Under the pieces are notes generated by a model, which saw only the letters and a list, made by a program, of their open reading frames with translations, searched no databases and was not told where the DNA came from. DNA of 51,146 nt from positions 1 through 51,146 of the forward strand of contig JAUWMC010000002.1 in assembly GCA_030613375.1 (NCBI GenBank), given 5' to 3'. The translations under genes and the position numbers were made by a program. Each line of letters starts with the position of its first letter. The stretch's first letter is position 1. Below are positions 24,101 to 33,235 of the stretch, one piece after another. Source of the DNA: Candidatus Micrarchaeota archaeon (GTDB lineage Archaea; Micrarchaeota; Micrarchaeia; Anstonellales; Bilamarchaeaceae).

Positions 24101-27100
24101 AGGCATGGCGCGGATGTGAATACTGCAATACTGGCTGCTGCACTTGCCACAGGGAAAATCGGGCAGTTCAGGAAAGCGGCTTCAGAGTTTGCAGAAGTTG
24201 TAGGGAAGGGTGCAGAGCAGCTTGAAAAGCTTAGCAAGCTGCAGAAAGTAGCACAGCACCTGAAAGACCCTGTGGAGCTTGTGCATTTTGCGGCTACAGG
24301 GTACCTTGTGGTGCATGGAACTGCAGGAGCAGTAACAGAATTTGAGTATTTTGCTGCGACAGGGGACACGCGGCACCTTACTGCAGGAGTGCAGTCCATT
24401 GCATTCCAGATTCCTATTCTTACAGGGTTTACTGCACCCATGCTGAGGGGAGGGAAAACTGCTCCCCGTGCAAGGGAAAAATCCCTCCTTGGAAGGGTGC
24501 GCGATCAGCGCTTGGCAGAGCAAAAATTCAGGGAAAGGCTTGAAAAATCCAGGACACCTGAGCAAAGGGAACTGGAACAAAAACTAAAGGAAAGGCCGGA
24601 AGCACCCACTGGGGAAAAAGTAAAGGAAACGATTGCGGAGAGAAAGAGGCTCATAAAAGCAGAAGAAAAGGAATGGGAGGAGCTTAAAACTGAAAGGAAA
24701 GGGGTTACCCCAAAAGAAATTGCCGAGCAATTCAGAAAGATTGAATCCAGTGCAAAAGAAATTGCTGGTAATCGCGAACTTACTGCTGAAGACCAAACTC
24801 ATTTTGCAGAAGGGAGGAAAGCTGAAGCCGCAGAATTGCGGGAGCGCGCAGAAACCCTTAAGCTGGAAGCTGTACGGATAAAATCAGAGCTTGGGGAGAA
24901 AGCAACAATTGATATAATGAAGAGAGTAGACAGGCTGAACAAAACTGCAGGAGCGCTTGAAAAAAGCGCTAAGATAATTGATGCCCAATCCCGGAAAAAG
25001 GTTGCTGTGAAAGTTAAAGGCGTTGTGCCCAAGATTATTGTAACGGAAACTGTTTCGGCAAAGCTGCGCCAGAATCTTGAAATACTTGAGGTAAAAAAAG
25101 AAGTGCGAGCTGCAGCTGAAAAGAAAATCGGCGCATCTGCCCTGGAAGAACGCACAAATGCAATTATGCGCACCTTCAAGGGAATGGAAGAAGTCGGGCG
25201 CGAAGTAGTTGAAAAGAACCCTGAGCTCTTTACGCAGCCCCAGGCTAAATTTGAGGCAAATGTGAAAAGGCTCAGGCAGACAAGAAAAGATGTACAGAAG
25301 ATTAAATTGGTGATGGAAGAGCGTGGCCTTAAGGTCCCTGAAGGAATTGAACGCGATGCAAGGCCTTACCTTGACGTGAATTTCAGGGAAAACGTCCACC
25401 TTGAAGTCTGGCGCATGGAGGCGGAAAAGCTTGGTGTAACTGTTGGGCCTAAAGCCCAGCCTGCTGCAGAAAAGGCGGCTCCGGCTGAAGCCCGGGAAGT
25501 AGAATATTCAACACGCAGGGAAAGGCAGGATGCAAGCTTCATGAAAAAGTATGGTGTTGAATGGGCAGAAAAAACAATTGCTGAAAACCGCCCTGAGGCG
25601 AATGAAACTGTTGAGAACCAACGGCTGAGATACCTTGCGTTTAACCGGATTGCGAGAGAACCTGCAAAAGTAAGGATGGTGCTGAAAGAAAGAACAATTG
25701 AAAACACCCCGAAAGAACTACGGGGCATCGTTGAGATCGAATGGAAAATTTATGTGGAGGGAATGATTCCTGGTCTTAATGAATATAGCCCTGTACGAGA
25801 GATGTCAAGGTTCAAGGCAATCCAATCTGAAAAACTGGCCCCTAAAATAAAAAGTGATGTTGATGGATTCGTGCGCAATGCAGAAGGTGCAAATGCCCAT
25901 GGGGTGGCCCATGATAAGGGAGGGCATGAACGATTCACAAATGTTGTTCTAAAGGGGGAAATCCCTCAGACTGCATGGGTCGGTCCGATGAAAAAGGGCC
26001 CCGGTGTGGACCGCTCTACCTCCTCTGCATTCCACGGCCCATTCTGGGTTGTGCTTGAAGGGAAAGCAGGGGCAAAGAAAGGCCCCATAAGTGCAAAGGA
26101 ACACGTTGCGTACGTGTGCCCATCTGAGAAATACATGGTGGAAACATCCAGGGCAATAAAAGATGCATATTCACAGGGACTAATGACCCGTACGGAGGCA
26201 GTAAAAGCAATTTCAAAGCTCATGACTGCTGCAGAAGCAAAAGAAGCTCCTGCAACCGCCTTCCGCTCTCGGGCAGGCAGGAAGGCAGGGGCAAGGGAAT
26301 TCTGGGCTGAAAGAAGTGCTTTGGCTGAAGGGGAAATTGTTTCGTTTGAACGATTCTCAAGAATGGAAGTAAAGGAAGTGGCTGCGAAGCCGAAGAAGAA
26401 TATCGTTGAGAAGATTAAGGAACTACGTGCGGAGGAAAAACGAACCGGAAGACCCAGCCTAGATCGGGCAATGCTGGAAAGGCAGATTGAGCAAAACCCG
26501 CACCTAAAGAAAGCAGTTGAAGAATATAGACGCATGGTGAGGCTCTCGGTTCGTGCAGAGAAAGGCACGCAATTTGGAATGGTTGGGGATGTAGAAGGGT
26601 TCAAAGCAGAGAATGTAAGGGAAGCTGGGGCGGCAAAGGCAAAAGCAGGAGAGAACCTTGTGGATGCGGAAGCAACTGCAAAACCTGCAGAACCATCTGT
26701 AGGGATGACACGGGCAAGAAAGGCCCTGAAGGCCATGAAAGGAGCAAGGCAGAGGGCAAAAGAGAGGATACTTGCCCTTGCGCGGTTGCCTGCAAAAATA
26801 AAACGGCTCAGAAAACAGCGCAGGAAGGAAAAGCGTGCACAGGTGCTTACACCTAAAGGAGAGAGGGTTAAGGTTCCACAAGAGCAGGCTGAGAATGCAA
26901 GTAAAAGAATGCAGGACACAATATTCAAATCCGCCATTACTGATACAGGAATGAGAAATGCGATTGGGCTCGAACGAGGAAGATCCCTTGCGAAAAATGC
27001 ATGGGCTGAAGTATACAGGGGAGAAGCTAAGCCCACGTTCAAAACCACATTAGAAAAAGATACATACGTGGCAATGAAAAAACAGGTGCAGGCAAGATTC

Positions 27101-29308
27101 GAGCAGGTTGTGGATTACGCGTGGAAGGACACAATACGGGAAAAAACGCACCTGAGAAAGCGCACCAAGAAACCCGCCAGAGTGGCTGATGCTGAGATAG
27201 TTGTTTACCTCCGCATGAAAAAAGTGTTCGGCACCATCTGGGAAGCAAACGTGAAGCGCAAGGGAATGAACCGGAAGGCAGTAAAGGGGATGGTACGTCC
27301 CCAGGAACTTGCTGCTGAATACATGGGATACCTGCAGAGGGGCGCAGGAATGCCAAAGGAGATGCTTGCAAAAGTAAAAGAGATGGGAATTGAAACAACT
27401 TTTCCGCACGATGGAAAATTCGTTACCACCGTAAAAAACCCTTCTGGAAAAACGGTCTTTGGAGACCTGCATGGAGACCACACCTGTCCAGTAACTACAC
27501 TAAAAGAGGTGGGATTCGTTATAGATGCCCGCCCGGACCTGGCTGTGGGAGATACCAGCATCTCCCCGAAGGACAGGTACATCCTGAATAAAGAAATTGC
27601 CCAGGGAACGCAATTCATATTTTTGGGGGATTATATAGATAGGGGACCGCACAGTCTGTATGCGGTTGATTTTGTACAATGGCTGAAAGCAGAAGTTAAA
27701 ACACTTGAAAACGGCTCCCGCGTACACACGCTCAAAGGAAACCATGAAGCCATTTTCACCAGGATTTTCAATATATATAGAAACAAGTCCACTGCAGAGG
27801 TTAAAGGGCTGATACATGAAATTGATGCCCTGCACACTGCAGAAAAAGATGGAAATCTCATTAAAAAACATGCGCTGCGTGAAAATGGACAGATAGGAGA
27901 ACTCAGAAAAGAAGGGATTTTAATAGAACGTGTAGGTACAGAAAAATTACTTGGGGAAATCCTGGATAGATATGGAACATGGGAAAAGGCAGTTGTAGAA
28001 ATGAAAAAGGAAGGGGGGCTGATGCATTTCATTGAAAATACTACTGGCGCAGTGATACTGGAAAATGAGAATGGAAATAGCCTTTATACTCACGGGGGAA
28101 TAGTGGCCAAAACTGCTGCAAGGGAGACGGACGGGACCATAATCAGGAAAACTGATGGAGAAATATTGTATGATGAGATTAGAAGTGCAGAGGACTTTGA
28201 AAAACACTTCAAATATTTCTTTAAGAATGACCTTAACTGGGTCCAGAACGGGGTTCCCACTGAATCTAAAGCAGAGAAGGAGTTCTTACGAAATATGAGG
28301 GAAAGAGGTTATTCAGGAGACTATTCAATAAGATATGCGGGTGTTCCCGAGACTGATGGAGGGGGGTTGCCCAGATCTGCAACATCCAAAGCTGGCAAGA
28401 ACCTCACCCTCTTTGCCGACAACCTAGGTCTCATGGAAATAGGTGTTGGGCATCACCCATCTGGACAAATAAGGCAGATATACTCCCAGGAAATTGGGAA
28501 TGGGAAGAATGTTGTAATGGTAGGCTACGATGCCGCACTTAGCAGCGCATACGGACCTGGATTCAGCAACTGGCAGGGCGGCCAGGCAGGACATAGCACA
28601 GCGTGGGGCTTACCGGGTGAAAGAAACAAAATCGTAACTGCAGGGAGGGAAAATGTGCCCGGGGTTAGAACACACTCAACAATTACCTCCCCCAAATTTA
28701 CAATCCCAGATATGAAAAATCCATACACTAAAGCATGGGAGCAGACTGAAGGGAAGAAAAATGCCGCTGTGCCACCTCTCCCCACAGCAGGAGTTGTCCC
28801 TGCTGCCCCAAAGCGTGCACCAGCACCAAAGAAAACTAAAGGACCAAAGATTATGCCAAAACGCCCAAATCAACCAGTAAACAAATCCCAGTCCGGGCAG
28901 AATGCTCCAATTAATCTTGTAAAAAAGGCGCACCCAAAAATGCCTGAGAATATTGAAAAGTGGGTGGACCCGGAAACAGGGCTGCCATGGAGCAAACTAA
29001 AGGAACACATGAATAATGAAAATTACTCTAAAAAATTCACACTCCCTGTTGAAATTAATGGAAAAGAAACTGAATGGACCATAAAGATTGAAGGCACCAC
29101 ACAGATTATAGGAGAAGAAATGTACTGGTACACCATTTCATCCTGGCCTGCAAATATAAACTACCCTCCCGGCCAGAATACTGGAGCAGTTATAATGCAA
29201 AAAGGAGCAAGCCTGAAGAACCTGATAATCAAAAATATCAAGAGAGACCTCACTCAAACTGGTTCTGGCAAAAAAAGCGGAGCAAAACCCCCCGGTCCAC
29301 GCAAGTGA
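21137..29308 (+). CDS. giant protein (2723 aa): long charged helical regions, a central hydrophobic segment cluster, and a C-terminal PPP-family Ser/Thr-type metallophosphatase domain
   Basis: Uninterrupted 8.17-kb ORF. The earliest possible start is TTG 21137, because an in-frame TGA sits at 21134-21136. AGGTGG lies 5 nt upstream. Confidence 0.85.
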   Translation: MDSQFKGKGKPVLNVRSHEELGITAIAAVPIPTPVETGNLAEIAGKEAEREVNKLTNLGGQTEEIAEAALNIASQNTENAVALDSRAMAELTKESLTDKVNSLEVALEKMKSGEKYSKLPQEIKERVENVAWLASQAGNRLDSMEGPGQENVLRKASEDVSFATFAMSTVPLEKQDPASGMAKFHKKLKELREMGIEERVGREREGYIELRAAAIVASLEIRVRSNARGIALAKEYRKQNKKSYSKEENKKIRGYLALAAQLNGKAQKSLQGGKLLEADALISKSNALSSATMMYLGAVGSRNSMRPPIRRKNEYERLRTAAASEISKIEGAMNAIAALDTSMDVKELSAKTLEKFGEVQEACGAVQKKAAEAELLRFDASREGYVDKRLERVGKRTRGLIDAGQYEDATELLGVAFLYKGTYEKSSYKGIVGEDEKKKTLGQKQKELAKKFGYSPKRDNLRQARRKLGRALDALCPPEKEVKGKRMGEAYYERELAAAKGLIKSVKKGLTHAQDARQDQKDQLLVLGKGQKKKPGSVATNTDIDLMAAYGLMGRANDAEQVLDTTFQDHLDAERELYIASLNVGETMGLLATQDKLVTQKQKELAAAGKDLAKQSAGILGNVALKESFEEIEEREKEEGIIITPHGETGADRTALAVNGRLTGTLDNVMKQEARMSGLHDATVKILGGKTEETGVVGYNVAEIVDLQKEELKRSDEVLKEAGGMQAIGRSASTYLMAYRAGESRFWGNTRTVQMRDYIPRAMDKLYDAAKHVGDGKWKDASKRYGEAQGQFMEGFATASERKYNDPLIVEYKEKTQNAFDVLIGVNEGEAKDLKAAILALNATNLTVQTQYRGSQVFEGGLENIFVSFEDGGWLTLLGPAGMVAAQVYRASSKRKEVVPKTREEKLERIGYVPYEKRVARMEAKTEEVLSGKTSLFEKRGALNSIRNDADDSLETYQIAQSAEDGLFTAASLALQPIFITEMTRDTVRHGADVNTAILAAALATGKIGQFRKAASEFAEVVGKGAEQLEKLSKLQKVAQHLKDPVELVHFAATGYLVVHGTAGAVTEFEYFAATGDTRHLTAGVQSIAFQIPILTGFTAPMLRGGKTAPRAREKSLLGRVRDQRLAEQKFRERLEKSRTPEQRELEQKLKERPEAPTGEKVKETIAERKRLIKAEEKEWEELKTERKGVTPKEIAEQFRKIESSAKEIAGNRELTAEDQTHFAEGRKAEAAELRERAETLKLEAVRIKSELGEKATIDIMKRVDRLNKTAGALEKSAKIIDAQSRKKVAVKVKGVVPKIIVTETVSAKLRQNLEILEVKKEVRAAAEKKIGASALEERTNAIMRTFKGMEEVGREVVEKNPELFTQPQAKFEANVKRLRQTRKDVQKIKLVMEERGLKVPEGIERDARPYLDVNFRENVHLEVWRMEAEKLGVTVGPKAQPAAEKAAPAEAREVEYSTRRERQDASFMKKYGVEWAEKTIAENRPEANETVENQRLRYLAFNRIAREPAKVRMVLKERTIENTPKELRGIVEIEWKIYVEGMIPGLNEYSPVREMSRFKAIQSEKLAPKIKSDVDGFVRNAEGANAHGVAHDKGGHERFTNVVLKGEIPQTAWVGPMKKGPGVDRSTSSAFHGPFWVVLEGKAGAKKGPISAKEHVAYVCPSEKYMVETSRAIKDAYSQGLMTRTEAVKAISKLMTAAEAKEAPATAFRSRAGRKAGAREFWAERSALAEGEIVSFERFSRMEVKEVAAKPKKNIVEKIKELRAEEKRTGRPSLDRAMLERQIEQNPHLKKAVEEYRRMVRLSVRAEKGTQFGMVGDVEGFKAENVREAGAAKAKAGENLVDAEATAKPAEPSVGMTRARKALKAMKGARQRAKERILALARLPAKIKRLRKQRRKEKRAQVLTPKGERVKVPQEQAENASKRMQDTIFKSAITDTGMRNAIGLERGRSLAKNAWAEVYRGEAKPTFKTTLEKDTYVAMKKQVQARFEQVVDYAWKDTIREKTHLRKRTKKPARVADAEIVVYLRMKKVFGTIWEANVKRKGMNRKAVKGMVRPQELAAEYMGYLQRGAGMPKEMLAKVKEMGIETTFPHDGKFVTTVKNPSGKTVFGDLHGDHTCPVTTLKEVGFVIDARPDLAVGDTSISPKDRYILNKEIAQGTQFIFLGDYIDRGPHSLYAVDFVQWLKAEVKTLENGSRVHTLKGNHEAIFTRIFNIYRNKSTAEVKGLIHEIDALHTAEKDGNLIKKHALRENGQIGELRKEGILIERVGTEKLLGEILDRYGTWEKAVVEMKKEGGLMHFIENTTGAVILENENGNSLYTHGGIVAKTAARETDGTIIRKTDGEILYDEIRSAEDFEKHFKYFFKNDLNWVQNGVPTESKAEKEFLRNMRERGYSGDYSIRYAGVPETDGGGLPRSATSKAGKNLTLFADNLGLMEIGVGHHPSGQIRQIYSQEIGNGKNVVMVGYDAALSSAYGPGFSNWQGGQAGHSTAWGLPGERNKIVTAGRENVPGVRTHSTITSPKFTIPDMKNPYTKAWEQTEGKKNAAVPPLPTAGVVPAAPKRAPAPKKTKGPKIMPKRPNQPVNKSQSGQNAPINLVKKAHPKMPENIEKWVDPETGLPWSKLKEHMNNENYSKKFTLPVEINGKETEWTIKIEGTTQIIGEEMYWYTISSWPANINYPPGQNTGAVIMQKGASLKNLIIKNIKRDLTQTGSGKKSGAKPPGPRK
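27440..28470 (+). other. PPP-family (calcineurin-like) metallophosphatase domain inside the giant ORF
   Basis: The ordered motifs GDLHGDH, GDYIDRGP, GNHEA, THGG and GVGHHP match GDxHG / GDxxDRG / GNHE / HGG / GH of PPP and ApaH-like phosphatases. Confidence 0.8.
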
Positions 29309-29553
29309 AAAACCTGCAGAAGAAACAGCTGGATGGGGACAGGGTGAAAATGACTCCCTCTTTTCATAATAAGATTCCAAACTGCAGAAATAAATGAAAA
29401 ATTGCAAATTCCTGAAATATACTTATAAGAATTCGCTGAAAGAGAATCAGATTTTTCAGCTTTAGGAATCTTGAGCTCTGCTCAAGAGCAGAAACAGAAT
29501 ATTTCTCAAATTAGCAAATTCCCAATCAAAAATGAATTAAACCAAAAAGGAAG

Positions 29554-30081
29554 CTATTCCCTTATAATATGGAAATAACGGGAGTAATTTTGATTCTGCT
29601 CCATTTCTTTTAACTGTGTTACTTCATTTTCAGATACTGGAAGATTCTGGAAAAACTTCAGTTTCATCTCATCCAGAAAGCTGTGGTCCCCATCCGCACC
29701 GGACATACAATAAGTAGCAATTGCACCAATTTTCCCTTCCCTCGTTTCAGGGCGATCATTTGCTGACACCAGTGCATAACGGGGAGTAGTGAGAAACTCC
29801 AGGTCTTCCTTGTTTCCATATTCAACTGCAGTTGCTTTCCCACCATCAAAAAGTGCGTTTATGAAACTAATCATTTCTTTCCTGAAAAGCTTTCCGCGAT
29901 TCTCGAGCCTTTTGTCCAAAAATGCCCTCCTTGAAAGAATAAATGATGCCATTCTCTCTGTGAGGTATGTTTTTCCATCTTTATTACGAAAATTCCTAAT
30001 TCCTGCAAATGCTTTTGGGAGACCTGGAAGGATTCTTGCCCTGGGGTTTTTGGGTCCGTTTTGAAGTTCTGTTCCTGCCAT
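29554..30081 (-). CDS. hypothetical protein (175 aa)
   Basis: The start is trimmed to ATG 30081 (MAGTELQNG...). The 410-aa track ORF extends antisense through the divergent promoter and the neighbouring gene. Confidence 0.55.
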   Translation of the reverse strand: MAGTELQNGPKNPRARILPGLPKAFAGIRNFRNKDGKTYLTERMASFILSRRAFLDKRLENRGKLFRKEMISFINALFDGGKATAVEYGNKEDLEFLTTPRYALVSANDRPETREGKIGAIATYCMSGADGDHSFLDEMKLKFFQNLPVSENEVTQLKEMEQNQNYSRYFHIIRE

Positions 30082-30229
30082 GTAGGTAATTAGGGTTAAG
30101 GAAATATATAAAGGTTCTGAATAACGGAGCGAAAGGCATTTAAAGAACACTTTTATAAACATTTTGCAACAGTATATATAGTGCTCCGAGGTGCAATATT
30201 TGGGCGAAACGAGGAAGAGCACACGGAAA

Positions 30230-31441
30230 ATGTCCCGGCCGATTATGGTTGCGCCAGAGAAAAGAGGGGTTAATTGTGCGTTCAAAAAAGTATGCTGCAG
30301 GAAGTGCATGATTCCCCAGCGGCCCATAATTGCCAAAAAAACGAAAAAACTTGTTAAAAAGAAGATTACGAAACTCCTGAAAAAGGTCAACCGGATTAAC
30401 AGACTTCCGTTCTGGCCTGAAAAAAGAGATGCGAAGCTTAATGCAATAAAAGAGCTCCTTTTCCTGCTTGAGGGTGTGGCGATGCCAAGGAGGGATGGAA
30501 GTGTGGAATATGCATTGTGTGGAGAATCAGGTAAAAACGGAACGCAGGTGATGAGGCTGTTGAGCTCGGAGGAACTGGGAAAGATCCTGAAGAAAATTTC
30601 TCTGGAAATTAATCCAGTGGGGGGGTTCATGAGCATTTCAGAATCTGCACCCCCTTCGGGAATGAGGCTCGCTCTTGCACGGCTTCTTGGACAGATAAGT
30701 GCAGTGGAGCTCCCGAAAAAAAGGGGCGCGCTGGATATGCTTATTATGGATGGGGGGATGGAGGGGATAACAGCTATTTCAATCATGGTAGGGGAACCAA
30801 CATTGAAGAATGAAACAAGGTGGGAATACCTCAGGGCGCTTAAATGGATTGTTTCCTGTGCAGAATTTTATGCAGATGGAAATGTGGAGATATCTAATGA
30901 AGATTATGAGCTTGCTGCTGCACTTTCCAGATTTTTCCCGGTTGAGGTCATGGGTGGCCAGGATGAATCAGGCACTACACATTTTTTTGCGCTGGACAGA
31001 CTTCCCCTCCCCTCCAACGTATCTGAATCCAGGCTAAAACAGATGATTACTTTTACAATGTCAGAATTCTTTATGGCGCTTGTGGACATGTCCGCAAGGA
31101 TAGATGCAATATTTTCATCCTCACCTGAGCAAATTGAATATTATTCTGTGCTGGGAAAAGAGTATTACACATCCCTGGAGCTGGGCGTGAAACTGCTTGC
31201 GGGCAACGGAATGAGCAACAGGCACATTTTTGAAATGATTTGCGGCAGGATGGAAAAAACGTTTGGGCCGCATGATGAACTTGACCAAAAAGAGCTTGCA
31301 ATGCTAAAACATGTGGTGAGGAAGCTTGATAGAAATGGGGAAGTTGATTCTGCTGCTGCAGAAACATTCATCTCGGTTCTGGGGGAAGAAGAAATTGACC
31401 TGAGGGAACATCTGGAAAAGATCCGTTTTCATCCTGTCTAG
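30230..31441 (+). CDS. hypothetical protein with a basic N-terminus
   Basis: About 403 aa counted from ATG 30230; GTG 30191 is also possible. The stop overlaps the stop of the convergent UbiA gene in the palindrome CTAG. Confidence 0.6.
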   Translation: MSRPIMVAPEKRGVNCAFKKVCCRKCMIPQRPIIAKKTKKLVKKKITKLLKKVNRINRLPFWPEKRDAKLNAIKELLFLLEGVAMPRRDGSVEYALCGESGKNGTQVMRLLSSEELGKILKKISLEINPVGGFMSISESAPPSGMRLALARLLGQISAVELPKKRGALDMLIMDGGMEGITAISIMVGEPTLKNETRWEYLRALKWIVSCAEFYADGNVEISNEDYELAAALSRFFPVEVMGGQDESGTTHFFALDRLPLPSNVSESRLKQMITFTMSEFFMALVDMSARIDAIFSSSPEQIEYYSVLGKEYYTSLELGVKLLAGNGMSNRHIFEMICGRMEKTFGPHDELDQKELAMLKHVVRKLDRNGEVDSAAAETFISVLGEEEIDLREHLEKIRFHPV

Positions 31442-32334
31442 AGACCCAGTGAGGCAAGCAGCAGGGAAAGCAATCCGCAGAATAATGCCCCAAGTGAATA
31501 TTTTCTTACTATTGAGAAGGTTCTGTCTTCCCTTGCATAAAGAAGGTATAATGCAAGTATCAGGATTGAAATGTCTGCAATAAAGAGGAAAAATCCTGAA
31601 GCAAAATGGATTGTAAGGTCCATCATGTATGGGACTATTGTGAGAGGAATGAAAAGAAGGAAAAGCATTGAGGAGATAAAAAGTGATGGGCCTTTTCCAA
31701 TAATGATTGGAAGGGTTTTGGATTTCCTTGCCTTGCTGTCGCCTTTCATATCCTCTACGGATTTTACTATTTCACGCGCAAGACCTGCAATAAATCCTAA
31801 GAGGGCGATATCCCAAAGTACCTCGGGTGGGGAATCAGTGTAAACATATGCTCCAAAGATAAAGGGAATCGCCATTGTGGTTGCAATAAAGAGGTTTCCC
31901 AGGAGAGGGAGATCCTTGAGCTTTATGTTGTAAAGGATTGCAAACGCATTGTAAAATATTGCGATTAGAAATACAATTTCGTTTATGAGGTATCCTGCAA
32001 TTAGTGAAATTGCAAAGGAGAATATAGAAAGGAGGAGGGCACTCTTTGGCTGAATTGTTCCCTTTACCAAGGGACGATCCATCATTCCGTTTATTTTATC
32101 GGTTTCCCTGTCCATGTAATCGTTTAACGCAAAGGAGCCTACCTCGCTGCAAATTGGAACGAGAAGGGCAAGGTAGAAAAGCTGGTCTATTTGTGGGATT
32201 TCACCTAAAGTAATTACTATTGCTATCATTACTGCAACTGCGAGCATAATTGCGTGCTCGAACCTCACTAGTTTCCAATATTCCCTTAGATGTGCAAGGG
32301 TATCCATCGGAGTGATCTCACGAGGTGGAAGCAT
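31438..32334 (-). CDS. UbiA-family prenyltransferase, probably digeranylgeranylglyceryl phosphate synthase
   Basis: 298 aa and polytopic. The motif is NDYMDRETDKINGMMDRPLVKG (NDxxDxxxD). Confidence 0.78.
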   Translation of the reverse strand: MLPPREITPMDTLAHLREYWKLVRFEHAIMLAVAVMIAIVITLGEIPQIDQLFYLALLVPICSEVGSFALNDYMDRETDKINGMMDRPLVKGTIQPKSALLLSIFSFAISLIAGYLINEIVFLIAIFYNAFAILYNIKLKDLPLLGNLFIATTMAIPFIFGAYVYTDSPPEVLWDIALLGFIAGLAREIVKSVEDMKGDSKARKSKTLPIIIGKGPSLFISSMLFLLFIPLTIVPYMMDLTIHFASGFFLFIADISILILALYLLYAREDRTFSIVRKYSLGALFCGLLSLLLASLGL

Positions 32335-32386
32335 GAATTGCTAACTCAGGAAAGCAATTTAAACTGTGCGCAGGCATGAAAAACAT

Positions 32387-33235
32387 ATGGAACTCCAATT
32401 TCTTGAGAGAAATGCTCCGTTTGAAAATGCCCTTGCATGCATACTGCTCGTTCCATACGAAGGAACAGTATTCTTCAGAAAGGGTGCTGCAAAAGGACCG
32501 GAAGCACTTCTTAAAGGAAGTGTGGAAGTGGAGGAATACGATATAGAACTTGGTTTTGAGCCTATAGGAGATGGGTTTCATGTAATAGAGCCGGTGAAAG
32601 GAGGGGAAAGGAATCCTGAAGAAGTAGCTGCGGATGTGAAGAAGGGAGTTATGCAGATTCTTGAGGCTGGAAAGCTTCCAATAGTTGTGGGGGGAGAGCA
32701 TAGTATCTCTGCAGGAGCCGTGGAAGCAGTTGCGAAAAAGATTCCAGATGTTTCTATTTTGTGCATAGATGCACATGCGGATTTGAGAGATTCATTTGAG
32801 GGGAGCAAATACTCACATGCATGCGCAATGAGAAGGATTATGGAATATGCAGAAAAAGGTGCGCAGGTTGGAGTAAGAAACATGAGCACTGAATGCGCAG
32901 ATTACTTAAGCAAGAATTCAAATTTGAAGAGCTGGGGAAGTGAATTTAGTAATTCTGAAGTGCTGGATGCACTTGGAGAAAACGTATACATCTCTATTGA
33001 TCTAGATGGGTTCAACCCTGCAGAGGTTCCCGGAGTTGGAACTCCGTGCCCCGGAGGCCTTTCCTGGGAAAAAGGAATTGATTTGCTTAAGGAAGTTGCA
33101 AAAAAGAAAAAGATTGTTGGTTTTGATATTGTAGAACTCGCGCCGATTGAAGGGCAGGTGGTAAGCGAGCTTTTTGCTGCTAATTTATTGTATAAGTTAG
33201 CGGGTTACTCTTTATTCCCTGAAAAATTAAGATAA
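32387..33235 (+). CDS. speB: agmatinase (arginase/ureohydrolase family)
   Basis: The Mn-ligand motifs GGEHSIS, IDAHADLRD and SIDLDGFNP are present. ATG 32387 lies about 30 nt after TATA-like GCAATTTAAAC; the track start is GTG 32366. Confidence 0.85.
   Translation: MELQFLERNAPFENALACILLVPYEGTVFFRKGAAKGPEALLKGSVEVEEYDIELGFEPIGDGFHVIEPVKGGERNPEEVAADVKKGVMQILEAGKLPIVVGGEHSISAGAVEAVAKKIPDVSILCIDAHADLRDSFEGSKYSHACAMRRIMEYAEKGAQVGVRNMSTECADYLSKNSNLKSWGSEFSNSEVLDALGENVYISIDLDGFNPAEVPGVGTPCPGGLSWEKGIDLLKEVAKKKKIVGFDIVELAPIEGQVVSELFAANLLYKLAGYSLFPEKLR

Noticed and set aside
25990-26150. Possible ADP-ribosyltransferase R-S-E signature (DRSTSS) in the giant protein
   Set aside because: Only an STS-like tripeptide is present. 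There is no properly spaced upstream Arg motif and no downstream ExE/QxE motif, so the evidence is too weak to claim.
29554-30786. 410-aa ORF as given in the track
   Set aside because: Its N-terminal 235 aa run antisense through the divergent promoter and the 30230..31441 gene and have junk-like composition. An internal ATG at 30081 preceded by TATA-like boxes gives a plausible 175-aa protein instead.
19620-31441. The idea that tRNA-Pro marks the integration site of a genomic island carrying the giant gene
   Set aside because: The 3' end of the tRNA faces the GluRS gene, not the giant-gene block. No integrase gene is present, and I could find no direct repeat of the tRNA 3' half by eye. The block may still be lineage-specific, but there is no evidence that it is a tRNA-integrated element.
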